Shown here: piece after piece, positions 47,111 to 57,033 of the stretch
How the letters are laid out: each line of letters opens with the position of its first letter
Position numbering within the stretch: the stretch's first letter is position 1
Origin: Barthelona sp. PCE
Lineage: Eukaryota
Reading direction: 5' to 3'
NCBI GenBank assembly: GCA_040285745.1
Contig: JAUFOR010000001.1
Location: forward strand, 310,001 to 374,000
DNA length: 64,000 nucleotides
Translations under genes and position numbers: made by a program
Notes under the pieces: model-generated
Told to the model about the DNA's origin: nothing
What the model saw: the letters and a program-made list of their open reading frames with translations, nothing else
Database searches by the model: none

Positions 47111-49183
47111 ATGAAAATTAGGGTTTTATTCACGCTTTTGTTGATACAAATCGTTCTTGTTGCATCATTTGACGAAATCGATGATTTATTGATTCCTACA
47201 GAAGAATTAGCACGTTTTGGGTTTATCAAAACTGTGGAAAACACTTGGAGGGAGCATTACCAAATGCTGAAAGACGCAAAAGAGATCGGAGAATTTCCTG
47301 CTTCGTTCGATGAAATTCCTCAGTTTAAGATGGAGTATAAGATTTATATTCAGTATATAGGGTTTTCGGGCCCATATAGAGACCTTATACATAAAGAGTC
47401 GATAGAAGAAGATGTTTCTGCACTGTTAAGTGACAAAGAAGTGAAATTGCATCTTGATGATATGCGTATGTTCACTTCTTTTGAGATATTCTCTCATTTT
47501 GCAGAACCTGCCGAAGAAGAAACAGTTCTTTCTGGAATTCGTGAACATTTTTCCACAATTGAAGATGATGAAAATGGAGTTAAACATTTAGATTATCGTT
47601 ATGTCGAAGCAGTTTTGAATGATCATTATGCAGACAATATGGAATCCCAGGCAAATGAAAGTATGATCATATATATTTTAAATACGCAACTTTTACATGA
47701 ATATGATTATGTTATTGATACATCCTGTTATGGACAAACATTTTATTCAACAGATCTAAGGAACCCCTTCATATGGATAGACACGTCAGTATATAAGCTG
47801 GAAATACATAATACAATGCAGCATCATTCAAGTACAATCGTTAGTTATCTGCAACCCTTGATTTCAAATTTTGTATTTATATCTGAGTTATCAGAAAAAC
47901 CTCCAAGGTTTGATGACACAGACGGTATTGGATTTTCTTCATTGATCTCTTCACATATAAGTTCTGTAATACATAGTTTATTATTGAGCGATGTTCCAGC
48001 TCTAGATGTTGTTGAGCATATTCAGATTGGTTATTCGCTTTACACTGATCATGACATAGATAAAGACAAGCATATTGATAAAATGGGTCATATAATGGAG
48101 CGACTGAGGAATTTATTACCTTGGGGCAGGATGTCACATATATTCAAAGGTGTTTCTGACACTAATGATTTAACATTAGTGGGGACTGTTCTTAAAGCCA
48201 GTCAGCGAGCACGGGCTGAATACTTTGCGGCGGTAGACGATGGCAGCTTTTCAGTTTACTATGATATACAGTCACTGAAGGTTGGCTTAGAGCGGTTATA
48301 TGGTGCAAAAAGGTTTAATTCACATGTTTGTGAACAGTATCGTTCCACTATCGATTCAAATCTTATTCAGGATTGTTCAGCGTTTTCTACTTCCAACGTC
48401 ATTCTTGCACTTTTTCAAACTGATAAAGATGATTTTGTGCTGTTCGATGATCACTTGAAGACATTCACACATTCTTTATCGGAAGACGAATTCGTTAAGG
48501 TTATATTGGACTTAACCTACACTGACGCATCTTTTTCATCTGGATGTACATGCAACGGCCGTCATATGAAGAGTGAATACTTGAACGACTATGAAAAGAG
48601 CTCTTTATTGGCAATGATGAAGTCAATATTTGGTATTGATGAAGCAAAAACATATCATGCTTCCAACTCAATTTTCAATTATCTAGCAACCGATACAGGT
48701 ATAACGCTTTTTGATCGATTAACGGCGCTGAGAAACGTGTTGATGAACGAAATTCATGAAATTTTTGAAGAAATCAAAGGATTTTATTCAGTATTGGAGT
48801 CTTTTAAAACGAATAATTCATCACAACCATTATCGTTCATACCTTCAAATGAACGTAAAATTTTGGTGGGCCACATGCAGCTTTTGTTATGGAGAATAGA
48901 AAGAAGTGTTTCAATGTTACATCCGACACGTCGAGTTGAACATGATGTTGTTTACATGGAAATGCATCTATTTTTTGCAAAATTACACGCAAAGAAAGTT
49001 GATGAGGTATGGAAAATGTATTCTTCAAGAGCACAGGTATCAACAGTTTGTGAAACGTCAATGTCAAGCAAATGGGTGTTTATTTTTTGGATCCTAATAA
49101 TAACAACTATTTTAGTTATTCTTGTATTCATCCTCTTCACATTTTTTGAGTCTAAAAAACTGTTGCATAAGAAGAATAAGTAA
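47111..49183 (+). CDS. Hypothetical type I membrane protein
   Basis: Signal peptide MKIRVLFTLLLIQIVLVA, about 690 aa, C-terminal TM segment and basic tail. Confidence 0.8.
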   Translation: MKIRVLFTLLLIQIVLVASFDEIDDLLIPTEELARFGFIKTVENTWREHYQMLKDAKEIGEFPASFDEIPQFKMEYKIYIQYIGFSGPYRDLIHKESIEEDVSALLSDKEVKLHLDDMRMFTSFEIFSHFAEPAEEETVLSGIREHFSTIEDDENGVKHLDYRYVEAVLNDHYADNMESQANESMIIYILNTQLLHEYDYVIDTSCYGQTFYSTDLRNPFIWIDTSVYKLEIHNTMQHHSSTIVSYLQPLISNFVFISELSEKPPRFDDTDGIGFSSLISSHISSVIHSLLLSDVPALDVVEHIQIGYSLYTDHDIDKDKHIDKMGHIMERLRNLLPWGRMSHIFKGVSDTNDLTLVGTVLKASQRARAEYFAAVDDGSFSVYYDIQSLKVGLERLYGAKRFNSHVCEQYRSTIDSNLIQDCSAFSTSNVILALFQTDKDDFVLFDDHLKTFTHSLSEDEFVKVILDLTYTDASFSSGCTCNGRHMKSEYLNDYEKSSLLAMMKSIFGIDEAKTYHASNSIFNYLATDTGITLFDRLTALRNVLMNEIHEIFEEIKGFYSVLESFKTNNSSQPLSFIPSNERKILVGHMQLLLWRIERSVSMLHPTRRVEHDVVYMEMHLFFAKLHAKKVDEVWKMYSSRAQVSTVCETSMSSKWVFIFWILIITTILVILVFILFTFFESKKLLHKKNK

Positions 49184-49185
49184 TC

Positions 49186-50067
49186 TTATGAATGTGTAAC
49201 TTTTATGCTTCCTAGTTTAATCATTGAATTATTAAAGACAACTACTTTTCCGTTAACTATATCAGAAATGAATATAAAATTGTTCAAAATTGCAATATCA
49301 TTAGCTGTTATATGGTCTAAAGTAAAACGATCAGCATTCTTTGTTGATAATGATTTCCTCATAACTTTTCCACTATCTAACAAGCAAAATACATCATCAC
49401 CACACACAACTGCATTTCTTATCACACTTTTCATTTCTATGCTTCTCACTTTTAGTGTTTTCAAAAATATGCTAATTTCTTTGGGTGTTACACAAATCCA
49501 GTACTTTCTGTCATTGAGAGTTCTTGTTAGTAACGAGCGAATGGTTGCTGTGTTATCCAAGGAATCTATACTTTCCACATGCCATAATGGTTCAATTTCA
49601 TCAATTTCAGACTGCAAGAACTCTGCATGATAACAACCATTATTTGTTGTTATAACAACCTCCTTCTCGGATACACAATGCATCTTATACACAGCAGATA
49701 CATCTAAATTGAAAATGGGAGTGATAGTTGTACCATCACCATAATAAATTACTATCTTGCCACCCTCACTTACAGCAATAAAAGTTATGCTCTTGTATCT
49801 ACATGCACTTAGAGCATATTTACCTTCAGAAAGAAAGTTCCCACGTCGATCAAACAACTGATATGCATTTAACTCATTTGAAAAGCGACAAAAACAATTC
49901 TGTGATGACCACATAACGCAACTGGCCTCTATCTGAAGCCCAAATGTGCGAAAATCATACTCAAAGTACTCTTGAGGTATGTGGACATTTTTCACAACAT
50001 GCAATATGTTTCCCACCAAAATTGAAACGGAAGTGCTGTTGGCCGATGGAATGAACGTGATCATCAT
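49186..50067 (-). CDS. Hypothetical beta-propeller-like protein
   Basis: About 293-aa ORF with repeated short beta-strand/turn patterns. The start is uncertain. Confidence 0.65.
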   Translation of the reverse strand: MMITFIPSANSTSVSILVGNILHVVKNVHIPQEYFEYDFRTFGLQIEASCVMWSSQNCFCRFSNELNAYQLFDRRGNFLSEGKYALSACRYKSITFIAVSEGGKIVIYYGDGTTITPIFNLDVSAVYKMHCVSEKEVVITTNNGCYHAEFLQSEIDEIEPLWHVESIDSLDNTATIRSLLTRTLNDRKYWICVTPKEISIFLKTLKVRSIEMKSVIRNAVVCGDDVFCLLDSGKVMRKSLSTKNADRFTLDHITANDIAILNNFIFISDIVNGKVVVFNNSMIKLGSIKVTHS

Positions 50068-50167
50068 GCTCAAATATCGAAATAGGAAGAAATCTCAACA
50101 ACACCTGTAAGTTATTCCATCACCCTTTTGGCTTATTTATTTTTGCATAAACGGAGTTTTTTGAACA

Positions 50168-51740
50168 ATGGTTTGTTTTTGGGATTTTAGAGGGGAATAT
50201 TGATGTTTAGTTAACTGCTGAAGAATCTGAAGAATTGCGCAGTATTTCTGCTGATCCGATTGTTTTAACGGATGTGAAGCTCAATGAGTGGTGCCAGTTA
50301 CTGATCAGTTCACTTGAAGAAGGGAATATACTAGGATTCTTTTCTTTTATTAGTGTTTTTCACAATCAGATTAGAAATAGGGGCAGTTTTCCCAGATTTT
50401 GTGGTAAGGTATTCGGAACTTTGTGTAGTTGTGCATCTATACTATCAGATATGCGAGTTTTTGAGCACTGCACAATTGTAACCGACTTTTTACTCTGTCT
50501 ACGGGCTTGTTTCACATGTGTAGATACCAAAAGGGTTGATAAGACCCACGTGAAGCTTATATTTGATCTCATTAAAGTACTATTGTGTGATTTACTCTTT
50601 GACCACATCACTGTTTTTTTTGAGCTAATTCACTTTATCCACTGTTTGTTATTTGATATGAATAATAGTGACATCACCAGGTCTTGGAACACATATATTG
50701 AAAATAATGATCATGTTCTTGATATCTTTAACCGTGCTTTTAACCACCAGAGTTTTTCGGAACCTTTTTGCTTGAATCATCTCATTGATATTCGCACCTT
50801 CTCCTGTTCTAACTCTGTGTTAATTGAAGACGAACTGAGGAAGAAGGTACATGATAAGAGATCGATAATATTATTACCAAATTCTGTTTTAGTTTTGTCT
50901 AACAATGAAGTAGTTAAAGTTAAGTCTATTCTTTATAACAGTGATTTCATTTGCTTTAAATTGCAGTCGTCCAAGCTTTTTTCATTCCAAAAAGAAATAA
51001 CATTTCCTTTGTTTGCACTTGATGTTACAAAATTCAATACCAATGTTTTTGTTTTGGTTTTTTCAGGGTTTCTACCTAATTTTGAACTCTGCTCATACCA
51101 AGATAAATGTAGTATGCTTTCTATCTCGTGCCAACCGAATTTTAGAGATGAAAATAAGAAGTTTGTTGACTTGTTAAACGGAAGTGTTGGCAAACATAAT
51201 GATACCGTTATGAGATCGAACAGATCCTTCCAGTCCAATAAGGTTAGTGAGGCATCTATGGCACTATGCGAGTCTGAAGAGGTACATGTACCTCTGCCTA
51301 CACTGGATCATAAGCGTAAAGCAAGTGAGGTTGTATCCAATGTGGACAGTCATAAAATAGCTTCAAAAAGTGTTTACATCCCGTCACTCTCGCCAGAGGA
51401 AGATGACGCAGACGATGATAGTTCCTTGTTAGAGCAGCTTGAAGAGGAAGTGACAAGAAAACAGTTTGGGAAGGGGTTCAAATTTACTCTTGATGATGTC
51501 ATGGAAACAGTAACTTCTAGCATGTCTAGACTTGTATCAAACGTCAAAAACGAGGTAATGAAAGAAATGAAGAGACACATTGAAGAATGGGATGTGTCTG
51601 TCCATAATATTAGTATGATACTAGATGAGCAAGTTGATTTGTGTCTAAAAATGAAAGCTGAGCTTAGCAAGTTACCCAAACAGTCCAAAAAGAACTATAA
51701 ATCCGTTAAAAAGGTTTTTGAGAAAGTAAATAAGGAATAA
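50168..51740 (+). CDS. Hypothetical protein (helical N-terminus, beta-rich middle, C-terminal coiled coil); join(50168..50170,50211..51740)
   Basis: The ORF has no early ATG and an in-frame TAG at 50208-50210. The model acaATG|GTTTGT...ATTGATGTTTAG|TTA ACT GCT supplies the start codon via a 40-nt intron. Confidence 0.72.
50171..50210 (+). other. 40-nt start-codon intron
   Basis: GTTTGT donor directly after ATG; the 3' end ATTGAT-GTTTAG matches the p23 intron end ATTAAT-ATTTAG. Confidence 0.72.
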
Positions 51741-51741
51741 A

Positions 51742-52695
51742 TTATCTTGGTGTAATTGGCGGACTAACATTATTCATCATCTCAGATATTCTATTGCGGC
51801 TATCTTCGTCAAGCAGTTTTGCCTTTGCATTGATACGATTGTAGTGTACACCTAAGACTTCTGACGCCCGTGCCTTGAACTGTTCCATCTCGATATCAAC
51901 CAGCTCTCTAATTGTGTCCTTGTAAATCTTCATTATAGTGTTTTTGAACAGACTCAGTGTTGATGGTGAGAATGTTAACATATACTTGCTGTGAACTTGA
52001 TTGATGGAGCTAACATAATCCTTAATGAATGAGTCACATCTCCTTAGGATAACTCTCTTATCGAACTCACTGTCTTTGGAATCTGCAAACACCCGCAGAG
52101 GATTGGTAATGACACTTGCTTCATGCTGTAAATCATTCAACTTATATGACTCCACTTCTTCATCTTTCTCATCCTCAATCCCATCTAACAATGACGCCTG
52201 TGTCACCTGTTGCAATGCGCTTTTCTCGAGCTGGCTGTATGTATCTTTAATCATTTCAAACAGACGACTTTCCTTTGCTTTGATTGCGACTGTGATCTTC
52301 TGCAATACATTCTCTTTTTCTTTTTCTAATTTAGTGAGGATCTGCCCTGTAAGTGTGAAAGATTCGTTGCTCGGTGCCTTCCTTTTTAATCGAAGGACCT
52401 GCTGTCTTCTAGGCTCCCTTTTCTTTATGTTAGAATACTTCTTTTCAATATCGTCAATACGGTGTTCAACGCTACTGATGCGCTTAGTTAGCTTTAAACG
52501 ACGCTCTTGATGATAGTGATCAGACTTCTTTTGAATATCGAGTTCATTCTGTTTTAACTGAGCCATCTGAGCCAGTCTAGTTTGAAAACTTAGACCGTGC
52601 TGCAATGAACCCAGAAAAGCTGGTTGAGAAGATGTTCTACGATTAGTAGTATTGGAACTTAATCTACGTTTCTCTTTTCGTAAATGATATGGCAT
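51742..52695 (-). CDS. Hypothetical coiled-coil protein
   Basis: 317-aa charged helical ORF filling the space between neighbours; no recognisable motif. Confidence 0.7.
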   Translation of the reverse strand: MPYHLRKEKRRLSSNTTNRRTSSQPAFLGSLQHGLSFQTRLAQMAQLKQNELDIQKKSDHYHQERRLKLTKRISSVEHRIDDIEKKYSNIKKREPRRQQVLRLKRKAPSNESFTLTGQILTKLEKEKENVLQKITVAIKAKESRLFEMIKDTYSQLEKSALQQVTQASLLDGIEDEKDEEVESYKLNDLQHEASVITNPLRVFADSKDSEFDKRVILRRCDSFIKDYVSSINQVHSKYMLTFSPSTLSLFKNTIMKIYKDTIRELVDIEMEQFKARASEVLGVHYNRINAKAKLLDEDSRNRISEMMNNVSPPITPR

Positions 52696-52815
52696 TTATG
52701 ATGTGTGTGCCCAAAATAAAACACGGTACGAAGCGAAAAAACGTCGTGTACTTGAAATGGGTATACTTTCCTTAAACATTCTGTTCTAGCATTTACCACC
52801 CTTTCTAAATTCAAG

Positions 52816-53835
52816 ATGAGTTTTGAGGAGGATTTCGTTCCAGCCAACCCATCTATCACAAACATTACTAGTGAACCTATCGAAAGTGAACCAGAAGATG
52901 TTGTTACTGAGCAAGTAGATGAGACAGAACCCGTTGAACCCACAGTTGAGAACGAGAGCATCGGTATGGTTACTGTAGAAGATACTGAGAATGTTACAGA
53001 GGAGACAAAATCTGTTGAATCTATTCCATCTGAAACAGAAGAGGAAGAAGAAGAAGACCAAGAGGAAGAAGGTGTCGTCAATAGTTTATTGGATGAAGAT
53101 TTATCTGTAGCTGAAGAAGACGAGGAAGAAGAAGAAGAAGAAGATTTCAGTGAATCTGATGAGGCAGTTCTTGAGAGGGAACGTAAAGAACATGAAGATA
53201 AACGTAAACTTATGGAAACGATTTTCCGAGATGATTTTGTTGGAAGTGATGAAGAATATTCTGATGAAGAACAAGAGATGACGTTACAGGACCGCATGAA
53301 CAGCATGCAGTCACAACCAAGTCAAATGAACCAGACTGTTGAAACTGATGTAGATATTGATATCACTGACCATAATCCTGTTTTTGAACAAGACAGTTCA
53401 TTGCATGTTTTCAAGCCACGTAGTGTTAGATTTGCACCAGATGTGTTTGATCCCAGATCTGTTGATCAGGTTGAACAATGGGTACAGGTTGAAAACAAGA
53501 AGACTATCTTTGGGTTTGATAAGATCAGATACAAAAACGATGGTTCCACAAATGCACGCGTTGTTAAGTGGTCGAATGGTACTAAAACTTTGCATATTGG
53601 TGATGAAATTTTTATGATTAAAGAAAGAAAGAATCAAAAAAGGCAACATGTATATGTTTTAAAGGATGAACACGTTCAAGGTTCAGAGGTGAACTCTTCA
53701 TTCATCATTACAAAGAAGTTAGGTGGTACAGATCCTAATTCCATCAAATCTTTTTCAGTTTCTGCAACAAAGAACCAAAAAGGATCTGAGGTGGAGTCAA
53801 TTGCTCTCACGTCCACGTTTTTGGAGAACAAGTAA
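52816..53835 (+). CDS. LEO1: Paf1 complex subunit Leo1
   Basis: Acidic N-terminus; KIRYK...TNARVVKWSNGTKTLHIGDEIF matches the Leo1 core (SNARIVKWSDGS.SLH.G.E.F). Confidence 0.85.
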   Translation: MSFEEDFVPANPSITNITSEPIESEPEDVVTEQVDETEPVEPTVENESIGMVTVEDTENVTEETKSVESIPSETEEEEEEDQEEEGVVNSLLDEDLSVAEEDEEEEEEEDFSESDEAVLERERKEHEDKRKLMETIFRDDFVGSDEEYSDEEQEMTLQDRMNSMQSQPSQMNQTVETDVDIDITDHNPVFEQDSSLHVFKPRSVRFAPDVFDPRSVDQVEQWVQVENKKTIFGFDKIRYKNDGSTNARVVKWSNGTKTLHIGDEIFMIKERKNQKRQHVYVLKDEHVQGSEVNSSFIITKKLGGTDPNSIKSFSVSATKNQKGSEVESIALTSTFLENK

Positions 53836-54027
53836 ACATTAACAAGGTAAATTAAATTTTATATAGACAGGTGATGTTAATAAGCAGCAATATGTTTTTT
53901 CATAATACGAAAGCGAACTTTTGGTTGTGAAACAACATTTTTTGAAATAAAAATACTGAATTAACATTAGCCAGAATTCATTTCGTGTTTTTCCACCTTT
54001 TCACTTTATTTCGAATTCAAGACAAAC

Positions 54028-54585
54028 ATGAGCTTCTCAGACGACGAAGTGGTTGATCAGCAAGTGGTTGATGAGTTAACTCTCATTGCAAAGGAATCCG
54101 TTAAGGATAAGGGCTTCGAATCAAAGGAAGAGCTTCTTCTTGAGATGATTAACGAGATCTCAATCCCAAAGGAAGGCTTCAAGGATGTGTTAGCAGTGAC
54201 AGTCGATACAGAAATCGTTCTTGAAGATGTTAATGATGATCTTCAACGTGAATCCAGTTTTTATCAACAAGCATTGAGTGGTTACCTTAAGGGGCGGGCA
54301 CAATGTGCAAAAGAAGATATTCCTTGTGATAGACCACGTGATTATTTTGCTGAAATGCTTAAGAGCGATGATCATATGGCACGCATTAAAAAGCGTCTTA
54401 TTTCAGAAGAAGCAAAGATCACCAAAGCACAGGAGCGTCGTCAACAGCGTGAATTCAGAAAGAAGGGCAAGAAGAAGATGAGAGCTGAAAGCATCACTGC
54501 TCAGAACAGAAGAAAGAAGGAAACAAAGTCTAACGTACAAAGGTTGAGAGATAAGTACGTTAAAAAGGCTCGTCAAGGTCGATAA
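54028..54585 (+). CDS. EBP2: rRNA-processing protein EBP2
   Basis: VNDDLQRESSFYQQAL and RPRDYFAEMLKSDDHM. Confidence 0.93.
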   Translation: MSFSDDEVVDQQVVDELTLIAKESVKDKGFESKEELLLEMINEISIPKEGFKDVLAVTVDTEIVLEDVNDDLQRESSFYQQALSGYLKGRAQCAKEDIPCDRPRDYFAEMLKSDDHMARIKKRLISEEAKITKAQERRQQREFRKKGKKKMRAESITAQNRRKKETKSNVQRLRDKYVKKARQGR

Positions 54586-54871
54586 TTCGGTTAGCAATGA
54601 AATAAAAAACAGGTTTTTTTCTTTAAAGTTTAGGATTCTATGAAACTAAGAAATTGGTGTTTACTGTAAAAGTGATCCATTGGGATCCAGTTTTAGTGGC
54701 CAAAAATGAAATGTTTAGGAAAGCACTTGTATAATAGCACACATACTTCCATACTGCAATTTTTATGGTTATTCATACATATTGTAGTCAACAAGTGTCG
54801 CCTAACTCACACTTCAGTGGAAATAATATGGAACTAGTTTTTATTCCTTATCAACATAGCTTCACAACGGA

Positions 54872-56947
54872 ATGACAGACATTTTGGTCAAGCCAGAGGA
54901 GCTGGATAACATTGAAAGCATCAGTACCAAAGATAACGACGGTAATGTGGGTTTCTCAAGTTCTTTTAGGTTCAACAGCACAGACGGTGCTAATTCTTGG
55001 TCATTTTCCGGGATTGCGAACAAAGCACAGTGTGTAGACACGCAAAGTATGTTTGGAAAATTACTTCCATCAAATACTCTTGACGATGAACTCGACTATG
55101 AGTTTGAAGATGAAGAGAAGGAGCTTTTCGGCGTCGAAGACACCATAGAAGGTGAGGGTTCAGAAAAAGAGGTTGATGATGAAGAACATGAAGATGTTAA
55201 TGAATCAAACAACAAAGAAGAAGTTTCAGAACAATCTGAAACTGAAGTTGACGAGGTCGATTTCGAAATAGTCGAGAAAGTGGAGGACGAGACCACATTC
55301 GTTGATTTAGGCCTTAGTCGTCCTTTACTCAAGGCTATCGGTCAAATGGGTTGGGTTACACCCTTTGAGATCCAAAAGAACACCATTCCCATACTATTAA
55401 AGGGCAGGGATGTTTGTGGATCAAGTCAGACTGGAACAGGAAAAACAGGTGCTTTCTTATTGCCCATGCTTGAACGTCTTCTTGACTTCCGTGCCGGCCG
55501 CAACATACGTGGTCTCATCATTCTACCATCGCGTGAGCTTGCCCAACAGGTACAAGTCATGTGTGCTAAGCTGTGTCAGTTTACCAATATCAAGAGCGCA
55601 GTGCTGGTTGGTGGTGTTAATGAGAATAAGCAACGGGCTGCCCTGAAGGAAGACCCTGAAATCATTATTGCTACTCCTGGTAGACTGCTTTATTTCCTTC
55701 TCAACGACAGCACCTTTCACATGGACGATTTAGAGATGCTTGTACTGGATGAGTGTGATAAGTTACTTGAACACGGTTTCAAACACGAACTTGAGGAGAT
55801 CTTTCAACATCTCCCCCCTAAGCAGCGTTTACAGAGCGTTCTGTTTACTGCAACTTTCACATCTGGAGTTGATGAAATTTCACGTTTGAGTTTGCACAAA
55901 CCTGCACGTGTTGAGATTGATCCATTGATATCAACCAGTCAAAAATTGAGTCAAGAGTTTGTCAAATTGAAGAACGACGAATTCCATCATCGTGAGGCAC
56001 TCTGTTTCTCTATCTTGAAGGAGATTTTGATTGAGCAGAAAAAGAAAAATGAAAGTTTCCCCAAAATCATCGTTTTCTTTAACACAAAGAGCTCTTGTCA
56101 TAGATTCCATCTTTTAGCACAAGAGTTATCACTCCCTACCCTCGAAATCCACGGTAACCTTACACAATTGCAACGTTTTACTGCTTTGGAAACATTTTCT
56201 GGTCAAGGTGGTATTTTGTTAAGTACCAACGTTATATCTCGTGGTTTAGATATCCGTAACGTTGATTTGGTTATGAACTATCACTTACCCAACGCTATTG
56301 TTGACTATATTCATCGTATTGGTCGAACTGCTCGTGCAAATGCCTCTGGTCGTACAATTTCATTTATTCATCCTAAGAATGACAAGACAATGTTCAAATT
56401 GATCATCAAAACATTACACAAGACGCATGGTAAGAATTTCTCTACCCTGGAAGTCAAAGATGAAGTTTACAACTACTATGAAGACAGAATTCTTAGTTTA
56501 GGTGATCGAATTAAAGATGTGCTTCGTGAGGAACGTTATCTTCGTGAGCTTCAAGCTGCTGAGCGTGATATTGCTTATGGTGAAAATATGTTGAAATATG
56601 CTGAAGAAATCTATAAGAGAGGTCCTAGAAAGTTTACAGTGTCTGAAAAAGACAGGGAGGATGATCGTGCACGTGACAAGAGTGAGAAATCAACATCAAA
56701 CTTGAAGGTTCAGAAAATTTTAGCTGAAAAGCGAAAGAGAACAGCTGATAAGGTTAAGATGGCTAAGATGACATCAAAGAACAGGAAAAAGGCAGAGTAT
56801 CTTAAGAGTTTGAGCAAGAAGGAGAAGGAGAAGATCCATAAATCGATTAAGGCCAGTAAGAGACAAACTAAACGAAAGGGTGGAACTTCAAAAACAGCAG
56901 CTAAAACCAATACAAAGAAAAAGAGGAAGCCTCGTAAGCGTCTTTAA
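54872..56947 (+). CDS. DRS1: DEAD-box RNA helicase DRS1/DDX27-like (DECD variant)
   Basis: LGLSRPLLKAI, GRDVCGSSQTGTGKTGAFLLPMLERLL, PSRELA, ATPGRL, LDECD, TAT, RGLDI, HRIGRTARA and LSQEFVK. Confidence 0.85.
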   Translation: MTDILVKPEELDNIESISTKDNDGNVGFSSSFRFNSTDGANSWSFSGIANKAQCVDTQSMFGKLLPSNTLDDELDYEFEDEEKELFGVEDTIEGEGSEKEVDDEEHEDVNESNNKEEVSEQSETEVDEVDFEIVEKVEDETTFVDLGLSRPLLKAIGQMGWVTPFEIQKNTIPILLKGRDVCGSSQTGTGKTGAFLLPMLERLLDFRAGRNIRGLIILPSRELAQQVQVMCAKLCQFTNIKSAVLVGGVNENKQRAALKEDPEIIIATPGRLLYFLLNDSTFHMDDLEMLVLDECDKLLEHGFKHELEEIFQHLPPKQRLQSVLFTATFTSGVDEISRLSLHKPARVEIDPLISTSQKLSQEFVKLKNDEFHHREALCFSILKEILIEQKKKNESFPKIIVFFNTKSSCHRFHLLAQELSLPTLEIHGNLTQLQRFTALETFSGQGGILLSTNVISRGLDIRNVDLVMNYHLPNAIVDYIHRIGRTARANASGRTISFIHPKNDKTMFKLIIKTLHKTHGKNFSTLEVKDEVYNYYEDRILSLGDRIKDVLREERYLRELQAAERDIAYGENMLKYAEEIYKRGPRKFTVSEKDREDDRARDKSEKSTSNLKVQKILAEKRKRTADKVKMAKMTSKNRKKAEYLKSLSKKEKEKIHKSIKASKRQTKRKGGTSKTAAKTNTKKKRKPRKRL

Positions 56948-57033
56948 TCAGATCAATAAACAGAATATCGTTTTCAAGTTGTTTTTCCATTTCATTTTCA
57001 TTTGCTTTTTTTGAGTGAAGTTTTAAGGGCAAC

